A DNA stretch of 63,811 bases, filler included, from Octopus bimaculoides (GCF_001194135.2; 7 parts of 6 records of this genome joined end to end with filler, not necessarily neighbours in it); one strand, 5' to 3'. Positions 24,830 through 39,000 are shown, numbered from the whole stretch's first letter. Program-made: numbers and translations. Notes: generated by a model not told the origin, from the letters alone.

Positions 24830-25939
24830 GTAAGCCATATAATTGCTACAAAATACACAGTCGGAAAATGTGATGATTTGTCCGGTCATAATTATATTAA
24901 AGTAACAAGCAACTAGGCATTTTAGAATCTTTAAAATCGATACATTTTGAAATATGAGTTGAAATCTTTTAAAGTTCTTAATTTTACCTTTCATATTATA
25001 GAAATTATAGAAATTATTTTAAACGATCTTAAATACTGATATCACATGATACATTACATGATACATTACGAAGGGTAATGTAAATTCACCTGTCTGCCAG
25101 TCTATTTTCCTGCGCTCCACTACGGTGGAATTGTATATACTGAATTTTCATACAGATTCCTCTGCACTTATTAATGTATATACCAAACATTTGCGGGATT
25201 CTCTGCTTATTTTGATTTACTGTTAGCTATGCCTACTGCAACGAAGAGAACCGCAAGTGCCAGGGTTAGTAACACACAGAAACACTAATCCGTATTGATG
25301 CATTTCAGGTAGAACTGTGTATGATAATTTAGACGCACAGCAGTTGTATAAATAGTTGTTTAGAGGTGTTAATGAATTTGTATTACATCACCAATGATGC
25401 TCGGGCAAAAACTATTAATCCATCAAGTCTTTTCTAACTAGGATATCGAAAAATTGTTGTCATACATGTATATATGTAAAGTATAAGCTTTAAATGTTTA
25501 TTATTATTCAAAGTAGTGACAATGGTACAGAATTTCATTGCGATTGAAACACTAACAGTTTGCATTACAGAGGGAAAATTTCGTCAATACGTGGCTTATA
25601 GCAGTAGTGCTTCTTATGTTCAGTGTTATACGATAAATAAAACAGATGAGCAGGTGTATACAAACACTAGAGTGTGTTCTCATTAGCCGCTATACGACAC
25701 TTATACGAAGAAAGCTGTCATAATATTCAACAGGTCTCTCAACAGAGCATTCATTATTAAGGACCTGCCTTTATTGAAATAGAATAAATTATGATTACAG
25801 AAATCTCAGGTTATGGCGCCCAAATATCAAGAATGAAGATGAATAAAATGCATGTATGTCTATCCATCTATCCGCCTGTCTCTCTCTCTATCACTTTCTC
25901 TTTCTCTCTCTTTCCCCCCCCCCTCTCTCTCTCTCTCTC

Positions 25940-25972
<33 letters not shown>

Positions 25973-25979
<7 letters not shown>

Positions 25980-26210
25980 TTGAACAAACGGATGCCGTTT
26001 GGCTGACCGGTTTGCGGAGCACCTCCGTGACATCAGACTCGGCAATGATACCTCGGTCTCGCGCCATTTCCGCTCTAGTGGTCATTCATTACGACATCTA
26101 TTTATGTTCGAACTGTATTGTACGCGGTTCACCCATGGTCCCAGCTTCGCCGTGAACAAGATTAAGTTTCTCTCTTCACTTCTTTGCACCACATGGGTTC
26201 AACTCCCCTC
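25973..26210 (+). mobile_element. Penelope-like element, GIY-YIG endonuclease remnant
   Basis: YIEQTG-CRLADRFAEHLRDIR...VSRHFRSSGHSLRHL (one frameshift), followed by a degenerate SL-PHGFN-like end. Confidence 0.8.
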
Positions 26211-26487
26211 CCCTCTCCTCATCTGACTCCCTACCCCTCTTCTCATCTGACTCCCCTCCTCTCTTCATCTGACACCTACCTCTTTTCTTCACTACTACTC
26301 ACCTCCACTCTTCATTGATGTATAACATTCCTAATTATATGCTTAAAATTTCTAATTAACTATGGGATAGCACAGAAATATATGTAGTTTCTTTAAAGAA
26401 AATGTTGAGCTTTACAACTTATAATCAATATATTTGTATTGTAAAGTTTTTAAGAGACATTTTTCAACATTGTAAGTCTATCAAACA

Positions 26488-26916
26488 TAGGCGCAAGAGT
26501 GGCTGTGTGGTAAGTAGCTTGCAAACCAACCACATGGTTCCGGGTTCAGTCCCACTGCGTGGTACCTTCAGCATGTGTTTTCTACTTTAGACTCGGGCCA
26601 ACCAAAGCCTTGTGAGTGGATTTGGTAGACGGAAACTAAAACAAGCCCGTCGTATATATGTATATATATGTGTCTGTGTGTATGTGTGTGTGTGTGTGCA
26701 TGTGTATGTGTCTGTGTGTCTGTGTTTGTCCCCCAGCATCACTTGACAGCCGATGCTGGGGTGTTTACCTCCCCGTAACCTAGCGGTTCGGCAAAAAAGA
26801 CCGATATAATAAGTACAAAACTAAGTCCTGAGGTCGATTTCCTCGACTAAAGGCAGTGCTCCAGCATGGCCGCAGTCAAATGACTGAAACAAATAAAAGA
26901 ATAAAAGAATAAAAGA
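26488..26916 (+). mobile_element. SINE family A copy, full length with (AATAAAAG)n tail
   Basis: Complete head-to-tail match to the other copies. Confidence 0.9.
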
Positions 26917-27199
26917 ACGTTTATTAACATACAAATAGATTTTTCATGCATCCAATTATGAGTAAGTAAAAATTAGAAATAAGTTGTTTTGTAAATTTAT
27001 CAAGCGTGTGACTATCAACCACATGGGAAATACGCAAACAGTGGTCAAGGTACAGGTCAACTTCAGGTAATGGGTGTTTATATATCATGAACATCGATGT
27101 AAGCACTGTCACATGACACTATGGATTTCAAATAGTTTGACATTATATATACTATATACGTGTATATGTGTGTGTATGTGTGTGTGCGTGTGCGTGTAT

Positions 27200-27420
27200 A
27201 TATTGACCGGTAGCTCTAAAAGTTTTTTTTATTCTCTCTCTGTATTTTTACTCGTGTTCCTTTCTGTTGAAGAGCGTAGGCTCGAAATATAAAATACTTT
27301 CTCACCTTCCGGAGCGGCAAACTAATACCCCTGCTTGTTGTGTGTACACCTGCTTTCATCTTTTGTTTTTCTGGTTTGTCGGTAGCCGTGAATGGAGAAT
27401 GCTGCCACTTGAATCCAAAC
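27200..27420 (+). mobile_element. Possible Penelope pseudo-LTR fragment
   Basis: Pyrimidine-rich repeat-like segment containing TTGAAGA-GCGTAGGCTC-GAAA (minimal hammerhead-like core), about 1 kb downstream of the GIY-YIG remnant. Confidence 0.3.
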
Positions 27421-28529
27421 GTAATAAGAGAGCAGATTAACTACGTCACATTAATTTCATTCATACAGACGTATTTGAAGCAATTGGTGAAAAGTTTAGG
27501 TTTTATTAAATTAAATATCATTCATGTCAATGCTTTCTGTGTCCGAGACCTCTCGGGTTATTGATGACTCCACGCTCCACTTTTGTATGTTCTTCATTTC
27601 CAACGACATTTCAACTTTTCTTTTCCCACCGGCTAATTCACGGATTTCGTCATATAAGGCAATACAACCATGTACAAGTCAGTATTATACTCGTACGAAG
27701 TACTGATATATGGTAGTACAAGAAGAACGCTTCTCAAATTGATAAGGAAGAATAATAGAGATGAATGTACTTTGAGTATGAAGGATATAATTTTAAATAA
27801 GGTTGTATTATTTTCTATTGTCAAAGATTGATTTAAAACCATTAAATAGAGTGTTTGATATCTTTAACACGCGCGATAATCCGTGACCAAATCAACTCTG
27901 AAAATCATTGCAAGAAATTGTAAATTTATGCAAACATACTAGGGAAATTGAAAATATGCGTAAGTCAGCACAATGAAAATAGGGCAAAATGGGATTTGTG
28001 CTATAAATACAAGATATCGAATATATTTTTGGAAACAAGTAACATGCACAATAATTTACATTACAGAAATATTCATAACAAATAAAATGAAGAATGGAAA
28101 TGGAAAATGACTACTGGCAATTTAGGAGAAGCGTTTTGATTATATTGCGAGCTGCAAATAGAAATTTCAATATATGTAATACAATATGTAATATCAAAAA
28201 TTTATCCTGTATCAAATATGTGACTAAGTAATATAAAAGAATAGTTATTGTGTACTTTTATGATATGAATATTATGTGTGCATAGACTGGATTGTGAGTA
28301 AACATTCAAACGTGTACAAGAAAATGGCTAAATAATAAAATTGTACACGTTATATCAACACGCCGACAAAGTAAATATACCCAGAAATCACATACAGATA
28401 GTTGAATGGTGTACACAAAAGTTTAGGACTATTATGAGCCACAAAACATTATTTAAACAAAATCATTACATTGCCCACAGCCCAAAATAAAGATATTTTC
28501 TTCTTTCTGAATGTAATTTTATTAATCTC

Positions 28530-30120
28530 GGAGAGAGGAAATGCAAAGTTGAGCCCAGTGAGATTTGAGATCAGGAAATAAAAAAAAAGTGCTAGGAAAA
28601 AAATAGAAATCTTTCTTTCTATACTTTTTACATTTTATTTATTCTGCCTGCTCACCGACCTTATATTCTTTTCTACTCTAGGTACAAGACCGGAAATTTT
28701 AGTGGAGCGGGCCAGTCGATTAGATCAACCCAGTACACAACTGATACTTAATTAATCGACCCCGAAAGAATGAAAGGCAAAATTGACCTCCGCGGAATTT
28801 GAACTCAGAATATAGAGACGTAAAAATAATAATAATGACTTCAAATTACGGCACAAGGCCAGCAATTACTGGAGAACGGTTAAACAAATAATATCGCCCC
28901 CAGTGCTTCATTGATACTTATTTTATCGACCCTGTAAGGATGAAAGGCAAAATCGACCTCGGTGGATGAGAACTCAGAATGTACCGACAAGTGAAACACC
29001 GCTAACGTATTATAGATGGGTTTACATATAACGAAATGATATAGAAAAAAAGAAAAAAGTACATACGAAAAAAAGGGACATATTCATAGCACACAAAGGT
29101 AAAAAAATAATGGATAAAAAGATGGTGGGGAGGATGATAGACATGTAACTCTCCTGATACAGGAGGACTTCTAAGGATAATTGAAGAATCTCACCGTCCG
29201 TGATTTCTCTGAACATCAAGATCAATTGCCCTCTTCAATTACTTCTCTCCAACTTAGAGGACTACACTGGGGGAAATACGACCCACTCTTGCAATTTTTG
29301 CAACTTTCACCCACCTTTAGATAATAAACCCACTCGAGGAAGAACTTTCCTCTCCACTTTCAAGTTACTTTTCAAGTGAAACTTGAAGAAGTCAATGAGA
29401 CCTCTACCAAACAGAAATGTATCTGTTATCATGCTTTTCAGCTTTGTCCACCAAACAACTTCTTTCGCCACAGCTACAAGAAAACTAATAATAATAATTC
29501 TTTCTACTAAAGAGACAAAGCCTAAATTTGCGGGGAGGGGAGTAGTCGATTACATCCACCCCAGTGTTTCACTGGTACTCAATTTATCGATCTCGAAAGA
29601 ATGAAAGTCAAAGTCGACCCCGGTGTAACTTGAACACAGAATTTACCGACAGGTGAAATACCTCGAAGCATTTTAGTCCGCCGTGCTAACGATTTTCTTT
29701 ATTGCCCACAAGGGGCTAAACATAGACGGGACAAACAAGGATAGACAAAAGGATTAAGTCGATTACATCGACCCCAGTGCGTAACTGGTACTTAATTTAT
29801 CGACACCGAAAGGATGAAAGGCAAAGTCGACCTTGGCAGAATTTGAACCTAGAACGTAACGGCAAACAAAATACTGCTAAGCACTTCGCCCGGCATGCTA
29901 ACGATTCTGCCAGCTCGCCGCCTTAGTAGTAATAATAATAATCACAATTTCTATTATAGGCGCAAGGCCTGAAATTTTGGAGGAGTGACATAGTCGATTA
30001 CGTCGACCTCGGTATTTCACTGGTACTTAATTTATCGACACCGGATGGATGAAAAGTAAAGGTGACATCAGCAGAATTTGAACTCAGAATGTAAAGACGG
30101 ACGGAATGCAGCTAAACATA
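28530..30120 (-). mobile_element. Cluster of at least five SINE family B copies plus fragments, all on the minus strand
   Basis: The ATCGAC...GATGAAAGGCAAA..GACC motif recurs near 28750, 28920, 29590, 29800 and 30035, with a fragment near 28545. Confidence 0.85.
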
Positions 30121-30404
30121 ATATTAATAATAATAACAATAATAATAATAATTTAATGCCCGGATGCAGTACCAGGCAATGGCTCTCAATGCTTCTAATC
30201 TTAATTGATTAGAAGTGTTATCATGTACATAGTTGTGTCTTGCTATAAAAGATGGTCTACAGCAATCATTTTACTTAATACCACAGATTTGCTTGTCAGT
30301 TGCTTGATCTTAACTAGTTGAGCATTTCCCTTAGTGGCTGACAATATGTGCATCTCTGATCACGAGCAGAAGTAGCGAGGGAGCATCACAGTGTAGCTTT
30401 GAAA

Positions 30405-30640
30405 AGAAGTCTTTGTTTCGTTTTTCTACGTCTGGTTTGTTCAATCTACATGGGTATCGGCCATGCATTGGTTTTTCTAGCCATTCTTCTTTGTTCTTCT
30501 TCTGGGCTTGTTTTTTAAACTCTTCCTTAACTCTTTTAGGAAACTGGGTTACTTTCTCACTCACCTTCATCCTAGATTCCTCCGTCATCAGTTGTTTCTT
30601 AAATTGTACAGATTCTTTGTATACCGAGTATAGCTTCTTT
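30405..30640 (-). mobile_element. RLE-type (R4/Dong-like) non-LTR retrotransposon fragment
   Basis: KNKEEWLEKPMHGRYPCRLNKPDVEK matches the W-x2-K-x-(L/M)HG motif downstream of RT in this group. Confidence 0.55.
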
Positions 30641-30665
30641 ATTTATTTATTATTATTATTATTAA

Positions 30666-30752
<87 letters not shown>

Positions 30753-30818
30753 TATTATTATTATATTATTATTATTATTATTATTATTATTATCATCATC
30801 ATTATTATTCTTATTATT
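30640..30818. repeat. (TTA)n microsatellite
   Basis: Read directly from the sequence. Confidence 0.95.
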
Positions 30819-31499
30819 AAGTTTGTCTTTGTCAAGATCAAAGTAGGAAGAGATAAAAATTCAAGATTATAGAAATTTAAATGTAAAGTATGAACGAAAG
30901 CAACCAGCGTCCACACGTTGATGGAATGGCATCATCAGTCTTTAAGTGTCAATTTTATAACAGGCGAAATGAAAAAAATAGAAAAAAGAAGGGAGAAAAA
31001 AGACAGAACAAACAGAAAAAAAGAAGATACTCTGCCGCCATCTTATTCATTATACCCAGGACGTGGTGTTAATAACCCACAAACATATTTCTCCTCATGC
31101 ATTCTGAGAAGTGAAATGAAGCAGATTCAGAATACCTTCTGAGAACATGCACTTTCGAGTCGTTTTTAAAATTGCAGTCGCTTGAAATGAAATGTTCAGC
31201 AAGTTCTGTCGAACTACTGTTATTTTGCCTACCGTTGAATCTGTGCCCAGCTAACATAAATTAAATTGTGTTTCATGCATTCTGCCGCGTATACCAAATG
31301 GGAATCTTTACATGTTCCACCTTCTTTATAAATCATAACATTTCTGTTATGATCCCTGATGGAATTCACTTGACTCATGTTGTGGTACCATGAACAGGGC
31401 TTACCTCACTTGCAGATACAACAACGTTCGTTTTCTTGGAGTCAGAAATAGAGGTTAATAATTCTCTTATATTCTTATTCCGTCTAAAAGCCACAAAAG

Positions 31500-31975
31500 G
31501 GAGTAAGGAAATATCTGTTTGAAGCGAGGATATTTTTCCGCCGCATGTTGGTTGCTTTCATGCAAAACTTTAATGGAGAACTTTTGAATGAAAATAGACC
31601 CCGGAGGAAATCAAAGCTGCTATTTAAGGACTGTGTCAAGTCCCCATTAAAGGAATGTGATATGCAAGAGAATGACTGGGAGAGCAATGCCTGTCATAGA
31701 CACAGATGAAGGAAGCATGTATTTGAGAGAGCATGTATTCTGCATGAAGAACTTAAACGTGCTGTTCGAAAGTGCACTGCTTGTGTAGTGAATGGGGAAA
31801 GCTTGCACTGCAATATTTGCACTCGTGTAAGCTTGTCCAGAGCAGGGTTCATTAGCCACCAACAAAGCTGCAAATGCACAATATAAGTTAGTCCTAGAGC
31901 ACACAATGTTCTTGAAGGTCAGCAATGGTTTTCCTCAGTTAGAAGTGGACGGCCATCATGTATGTATGTCGGTAT
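31500..31975 (+). mobile_element. RTE-clade LINE 3' end
   Basis: Frame 31560-31886 reads RPRRKSKLLFKDCVK...WESNACHRHR*RKHV...CNICTRVSLSRAGFISHQQSC (C-x2-C-x12-H-x3-C finger), then a short UTR and a (TATG) tail. Confidence 0.8.
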
Positions 31976-33289
31976 GAAAAAGTTTTTAATCAGATCTTCT
32001 TATTTTACTAATTACCTGATCGANNNNNNNNNNATATATATATATATATATATATACATATATGTATATATATGTATAGTATATATGCATATATGTGTGT
32101 GTGTGTGTGTGTGAATATGCATATATATATATTTATGTGTGCATGTATAATGTACGTATCTACATTTCTCTTTATGGATGCATTTATTTTAAGATTTATG
32201 TACATGTATGTGTGTTCGTGTGTGTAATTTTGTGTGTTTGTGTTGTGTACGCCCGCACAAGTGTGTATGCGTGTTTGTGCGTGCGTGCACTTACCTATCA
32301 GATTCTATATCTGAGCATATGTGTGTTAAAATATTTATATATAGCAGGACATATACAATTGTTTCGTGAAATTCTGAAGGAGATATTGTGCTGTACATGT
32401 AGCAGAATATGTTCATACATTCAGTTGAAGAATGTTCTTCAATAGCAATCAGCAATAACATGTTTACGGGGCACATCTTCTCAATAATACGTTCATATTG
32501 AAGTCTTTAATCCATGAGATTGGAATATTAGCATTACTCGAGGGAACTTTTGCAATCACTTAACATAATCCTTAAAAATATAGTCCTTTTAGGAATCTCA
32601 TGGTAATATGTACGTTGTAATATGGCGTTTGTATGAATACTGAAATAAATATTAAGCTGCTTCTTTCCGAATATGTAAAGAAGCACAATAAGATGAGGAC
32701 AACAAGCAACAGAAAGTATTAACAAAACATAAGTTTCATGATAAACATTGAACACATGTTGGAATAAAACTTATTACATATTTTTCTTCATATCATGGAT
32801 ACAGATATTGTTTTGCAAAACAGCTATTATTTTAGGGATACTAAATGCATATTCAAGTATTTTTGAAAACCATTTTCTTCCGGACATTCTATATTATGTT
32901 ATATGATATTAAATTATATATATACATATATATTAATATGCATATATGTATGCTTACATATATAAAAAATAATCCTGAATTCTTATAGGTATGTACATAT
33001 ACAAATACATATATATATCACACACATACACACACACACGCGCACCAAAATCGTATATATATATAGATATATATATATATATATCTATATATATATATAT
33101 ATGTATATGTGTGTGTGGATGTGTGGGTGTATGTGTGTGTGTAATATATGCATGTCTATATATATATGCGTGCGTGCTTGTGTTTGTGCGAGTGAGTGTC
33201 TGTTTGTGTGCGTGTGTATACGTGGTGTTATCACAATGTTCACGGAGTAGTTCTATAGCGCACTAACTGATTGCAGTACACAGTTTCGT

Positions 33290-33882
33290 GTACAGTGAGA
33301 GCTAGCAGTGTGCCGAGTGACATCGTTGTGCTTTCTTCCCAAGTTTTGAAATTTGAGTTTCTGTGATCACGCTTCTATATTCTGCGATTTTGTTATGGAC
33401 AGGAACAAATTGCTAACGTGAAATTTCACGTTAAACAGGGGAAGTCTGTTACAGATACACTAAGCATGCTTCTGCAAGTTTTACGACGACAAGGCACTGA
33501 GTAGTACTCAATATTATGTGTGATATGAGCGCTCCAAAACCAGAAAAACATTCCCGGAAGACGATGTGCGATCTGGAAGATCTGCCACGAACATCACACC
33601 CTGAAATGTGGTATTGTGCATCGTAAATTCGCACCCCTCCCCTTCCTAGTCCATCAATCGAGAGTTCTACTGTGACGTTTTGAAGCGTTTGTGGAAGGAC
33701 ATTCTGTGAAAGCGACCAGATCTGTGGAGTACAAAGAAATGATTCATCACCACGAAGATGTAATGACCATGTCACCAAGGTCTCTTCACTTGTGAGTTTC
33801 TCGTCAAACACAAACATCTTTTCGCTTTTCGCCCACCCTATGCGCCAGATTTGCCACATTGTGTTTCCCGTCACTTCACCAT
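33290..33882 (+). mobile_element. Degenerate, internally deleted mariner transposon
   Basis: Broken frames give EQIANVKFHVKQGKSVTDTLSML, EDDVRSGRS, FYCDVLKRL, KRPDLWS and HPP-YAPDL, all mariner transposase motifs. Confidence 0.75.
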
Positions 33883-35879
33883 NNNNNNNNNNNNNNNNNN
33901 NNNNNNNNNNNNNNNNNNNNNNNNNNTTAATTAATTAANNNNNNNNNNNNNNNNNNNNNNNNNNNNNNNNNNNNNNNNNNNNTTTATAATCTTAAGAATA
34001 TTACTTTTCATGCTTGCATTTTTCTATGTAATAGATATTTCTCTGTCAAATGTAACCCTTATTTATTCACATCAATTTGAATTAATAATGCATTTATCTC
34101 ATCGCTTTGAGACTTCAATGGTGAGATTATATATTTTTAGAGTGATATTATAGGAAAGGTGTGAGAGGCTAGATGTGGCTGGTTTGAATGCAAAACAGAA
34201 TATTTGGGCTGGAAATGATAGGTTTAAACGTTAAAAGGTTCAATATTTTACACTATATAAATCTGAAATCCATAGGTGATCGCTCAACATGTTAGTAATA
34301 CATACATACATATACCCAGACCTATATCCCCCATTTTTTTTTAGGAGGGGGTGGCCACAACAAGACACACACACCAGCCATTCCATTCATTTCCCAGCTC
34401 AAAGAGGCGAGCCCCTTTCTATGCTCGGGTCAAGGCATAGAACGCAACCCCCAATATCAGCAGCTGGGCCTGACAGCATATGCTGGTTTACCTCTGCCAC
34501 ATCATGCTAGTAATAATAACCATATCTCTCTCAAATCACAACCACATATCTCAAATAAGAAAGAGACTTGTAGTCCTGAAACCAATAAATATCTGTCAGC
34601 TTCTCCGATTAACAAATTTTCATTCATCTTAATTGTTTCCAATAACTTCTAATTGAAATTTGGGCTGTGGGGGGGGGTATAGTTGATTATATTGAACGCT
34701 GTGCTTGACAAAATGAAATTTAGAGTTTGTCTATTTTACCATGGCACTGGAGAAGTCCAAAATCATCTTTAGTTGATTAAATATGTCTATATAGAGAATT
34801 GAAAGAAAAAAAAAAAAACCGGCAGTAATTAAAGAGCTAAATCAATAACAGGTTATTAAACACATCATTACATTATTATGCATCACAATTACATAATTGT
34901 ACATTTAATGATGTTTATCTAAACGAAACAATTGTTGAACACAAAGTATGAATGGTATATGAAATTTATGTTTTTCGGCAATTATTCTTAATTAAATATG
35001 GCTATTTATTTGCCTCATCACACTTCTTACCAATTGTTATAACCCTACCCATAAGAAAAAAATACCCCTAAAAGGTTGGACGATCATAGTTAGAATGACT
35101 AGTGGTGTATTGATCCACCTGTTAGAGACTGACCTGGAGCTGCAACATACATTGTCGTCAACGATATCACATACTACAATTACACAACACCACACATTAT
35201 GCTACAGAAATAATAATAATAATAATAATAAAGTCAAAGAAGGTGCCTCTAAGTCGACCCGCTAAAAATAGCAGCCAAATTTCCCTTAAATCACAAGCTA
35301 CCTCCTTAGAAAAGGACACAAATAATATAGTCCTAGGTTCTCTGTACATGGGAAAAGACGGGATGGTCACGGCAGGAATACATTTGCTCATAAGTTTGGG
35401 CTGACAAGGGCTAAACAATAACAACAAATAAAAAAAAACTATCCTTATAATTCGCTTCATCTCCTTCAAGAAGTGTTTTACAACAATACTGCTGTGCGCG
35501 CGCGCTACATTACCGAAATAAATTGCCCTATTTAAACGATATCCTATTCTACGAATAATTTCCCAAATGAATATGTGACTAAAACTGTATATTCTTAAAT
35601 TCACAGGGTCACACACACATACAATTCTATGCCAAAAATATACAATAGAAACTACGAATGATGTTAAACGGTTATTGTTATCAAAACCAACTTAAAATGT
35701 TGCCCACCGGTTATTGATATTGAAACAGTCCCATGTCACCCACCCACTCAGTATTCAGCAACTTCCATTGTAATATAATTCTTCCTTGGGTTCCTCAAAT
35801 TTTGAGAGCCTCGTGACATCGGCATTGTCTTGGGCATTTAAAACTTTTAAAACTTGTTAGAGTTCAATATCTTCCACGT

Positions 35880-35961
35880 CTAAACACAACTGACGGCTAC
35901 TTCCAAAAGTAAGAGGAGTCAAACCCGGTACTCTACTGGTACTTTATCGATCCTGAACAGA

Positions 35962-35999
<38 letters not shown>

Positions 36000-36065
36000 C
36001 AAAGCTGACTTCAGCGAGGTTTGAAATCGAACAGAAAACCGAAAACACAGCAAGACTATCAGCCC
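35880..36065 (-). mobile_element. SINE family B copy with internal poly-A
   Basis: CTGGTACTTTATCGATCC...AAAGCTGACTTCAGCGAGGTTTGAAATC. Confidence 0.65.
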
Positions 36066-39000
36066 CGACTCTGACCTAATGACTATCCCAACACAACGCA
36101 TATCTTCACAAAAATGCTTAAATGTATGTATGTCTACAGGTGAATGCGTATATGCATAAATACATGGTGTTCCTATAGTATAGAGTCTGAAATTATCTTA
36201 ATGCGCCAAAAACCGTAATTTATCCGGATGTGTATGTTGTAAGTACCGTAGATATTACTATTAAAAAAAAAAAAAAGGTGGGGAATGCTTTTTGCTCCTT
36301 CCTTCCTGTAACTTTTAGGTTTTGAGTTGTTTCGAATCTTCTTTACAGATTTCGGTTTAAAAAAAAATTACGCAATTTTATTCAGAAGTATAACCTCACA
36401 TGTTAACCCCTCCCCCCAAAAAAACTCAAAGCTTAAAAAATACTGAAATAGGGGAAGCACCCCGCCCCCTTTTGCAGAATCTACAGAAAATTTAAGGCCC
36501 TTAAACTGCGAATTATTTAAAATTTTCTAAAGTAATTATTTTTTTTTTTAAAATAAGAGGTTTTTTTTCTTAATTAGTCAAACCTAAAATAAGTGTTGCC
36601 AAATGCAGCATTAAAAGTTACGAATTAAAGTTTAACAAGATTTTGATAATTATTTTTGTTTTTCGTAGAGATCATACGGATTAAAAGATTATAACTAGGA
36701 CGAAGCAGATTATGGACAACAATCATTAAAAATGAAATTGTCAATTTAATTAAGAAAAGAAAAAAAAATGTAGCCTATTTCTTCGATGTGAAATACTTTT
36801 TAGCTCCTTACAGATACGTAAGGCTGGTGTTAAAAACAATACCATTCTAATTTATTTTCTCTCTTCAAAGTTTCTTTTCCACTCATACAAGTACACAAAC
36901 ACTATTTTATCATAGATAAACAATGAGAAAAATATGAAAAGGCAGATCTTGAAATTATCTAGAAATTATTGTGTGATTCATTTGACAATTTTAAAGGTTT
37001 TGTAGCAACGAATGATAAAGAGAAAGTGTCGTTTAGTAGAGATATATATCTTGTAAACAATTTCACTCCGTTTATTTGTTGTTGCTAATATCATTGGAGA
37101 GAGAGAGGTATTTCGGAGCAACATTCGTTTCATAAATTCGCAACGATCTCAAATTAAGAAATTAATTAATTCGAGTCGAAGTTACACTAACCCAGAAGAA
37201 GAAACTCAAGCAGCTTAACAAGAACAAAGAAAATGCAAGAAAACATGGAAGATCTCGCACATGTCAACTATTGTTTAGTGATTGAACCAGTGGTTTAGTT
37301 GTTTAAACCCAAGTCAACTTCGATCCAGAAGTGATCAGAGGCATTGCAGTAATGACTATCAATTTTTATCAGCTATATTGTAATATCTAAGACCACATTA
37401 TCTAACAATTATGGCATGGAAGACATTAACCATTGAAAACTCCAAAAATCTGTTAAACTCACTTAAACATTGTTTTGTGTTACAATTTTCGTTGCACCAT
37501 TTGCGACCTGGTCACTAATACGGTGCCACTGCATCTCATTATCTAACATTTCCATTTATTTTGAGTATCGATAAGGTACGATTTAAGAATGTTTAGCTAC
37601 TATTTCTTGAAGTTTGAGAGACCATCAAGAGCTCCTTTATTGGCCGCGGTTGGGCAAAGTAATTGGTGTTTTATTCCGACAGGTAGGTGTATAGAAGAAA
37701 CAGAACCAAAGTAGCAAACAAAGAATTTCCTTCAGGAACTGCTTAGACTTAACCTGTGCCTGAAAGGTCGGGCGGATGTGACAAATGTTCACGTCGCTTC
37801 TGTGATATCGTCTTAGTTGCTAGGCAACCTTGAAGAGCTTCCCAAGCTCTTCTATCGTGTCGAGGAACGACCAGGTCATCTCTAGTCTCTTTCTCCTACC
37901 TAACCATTTCACGATAATGTTTGTACGTATTTACTTAAAGTTACTTGAGTGCATCTAGAGCGGTGAAGAACTTTACCACTGCTCATCACTTTAACCCATA
38001 GTTCCTCAGAGTAGGACGTGGGTTACTTCAGAATGAGTACAGGTAACAAGTGAATAAAAGTTGAAATAATGCGTTTTAAAACTAAAATCTCTTTCTATAA
38101 TACACACACACACACATTTATGCATGTGTGTGTGTGTGTGTAATGTAGTCGTTAGTTAGGGTTAGGGTTAGAAAGTAACCATTGGTTTCACGTCTATTAT
38201 TGCTCATAGGCGACTCATTAGATCTGCTGGCCTGAGGCACAAAATAAATAGTAACTTCCTGACCGGCCATGACAAATCGACGGCATAAAATATTATTGCT
38301 CAAAATAATTTTTAGTGTGCTTTTTTGCAGACTTGACCGAATATATATGTATATATATAATCGGTGATTATTGTTCACAACCCCGGCTAATCAAGATCCA
38401 TTTGTAGAGAGGTTATATGCCTCCGGCTAACGAGTCACCTGTACTACTACTAAGAACATTATAGGTGTGACTTCCTGACTAGCCATAACCAACAATCTTT
38501 TAATTATATACACATACACAAACTTAGTCAGTTTGTGGCGAGGGACACTTATTTGAAGCCACAGTGGGGCACGAGACAAAAAGATTAAAAAAAAAAAACG
38601 GTTGAGAAGCTCGACTTTAACTTATCTGCTTTAACTTATGTACAGACCGAGGAAGGCGACTGTTTAAAAACCATCAGTTTTTTTCCCCTGCAGATGTTGA
38701 TTAACAGTTACAAGTGTGGGTGATGGGTGTGACAAAGATAATGAGGTTGATACAGCTGATGGCTGTGATGAGGATGATGGTGATGATGGGTGTGGTAGAA
38801 GTGAAGGTGGAAATGGAGAGACTGACTGAAACTTGTCGAACCCACGCCAGAAAAACAAAAACAAAAAAATCACGAAAATAATGATGATGATGACTAGCAA
38901 CACTCCTATCTCTGTACCAAACCTCTCTCAATAATACCTGGTTCATGTATTTAAAAAGACGGCGAAATAGGTTGAGAATCATGATTATCAGAACGGCGAC

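Noticed and set aside
33927-33938. TTAATTAATTAA as a biological homeobox-binding repeat
   Set aside because: Always centred in fixed-size N blocks, so it is an assembly linker.
38680-38850. Plus-strand acceptor followed by a Gly/Asp-rich frame
   Set aside because: All frames stop soon after the acceptor; the sequence derives from (GAT)n.
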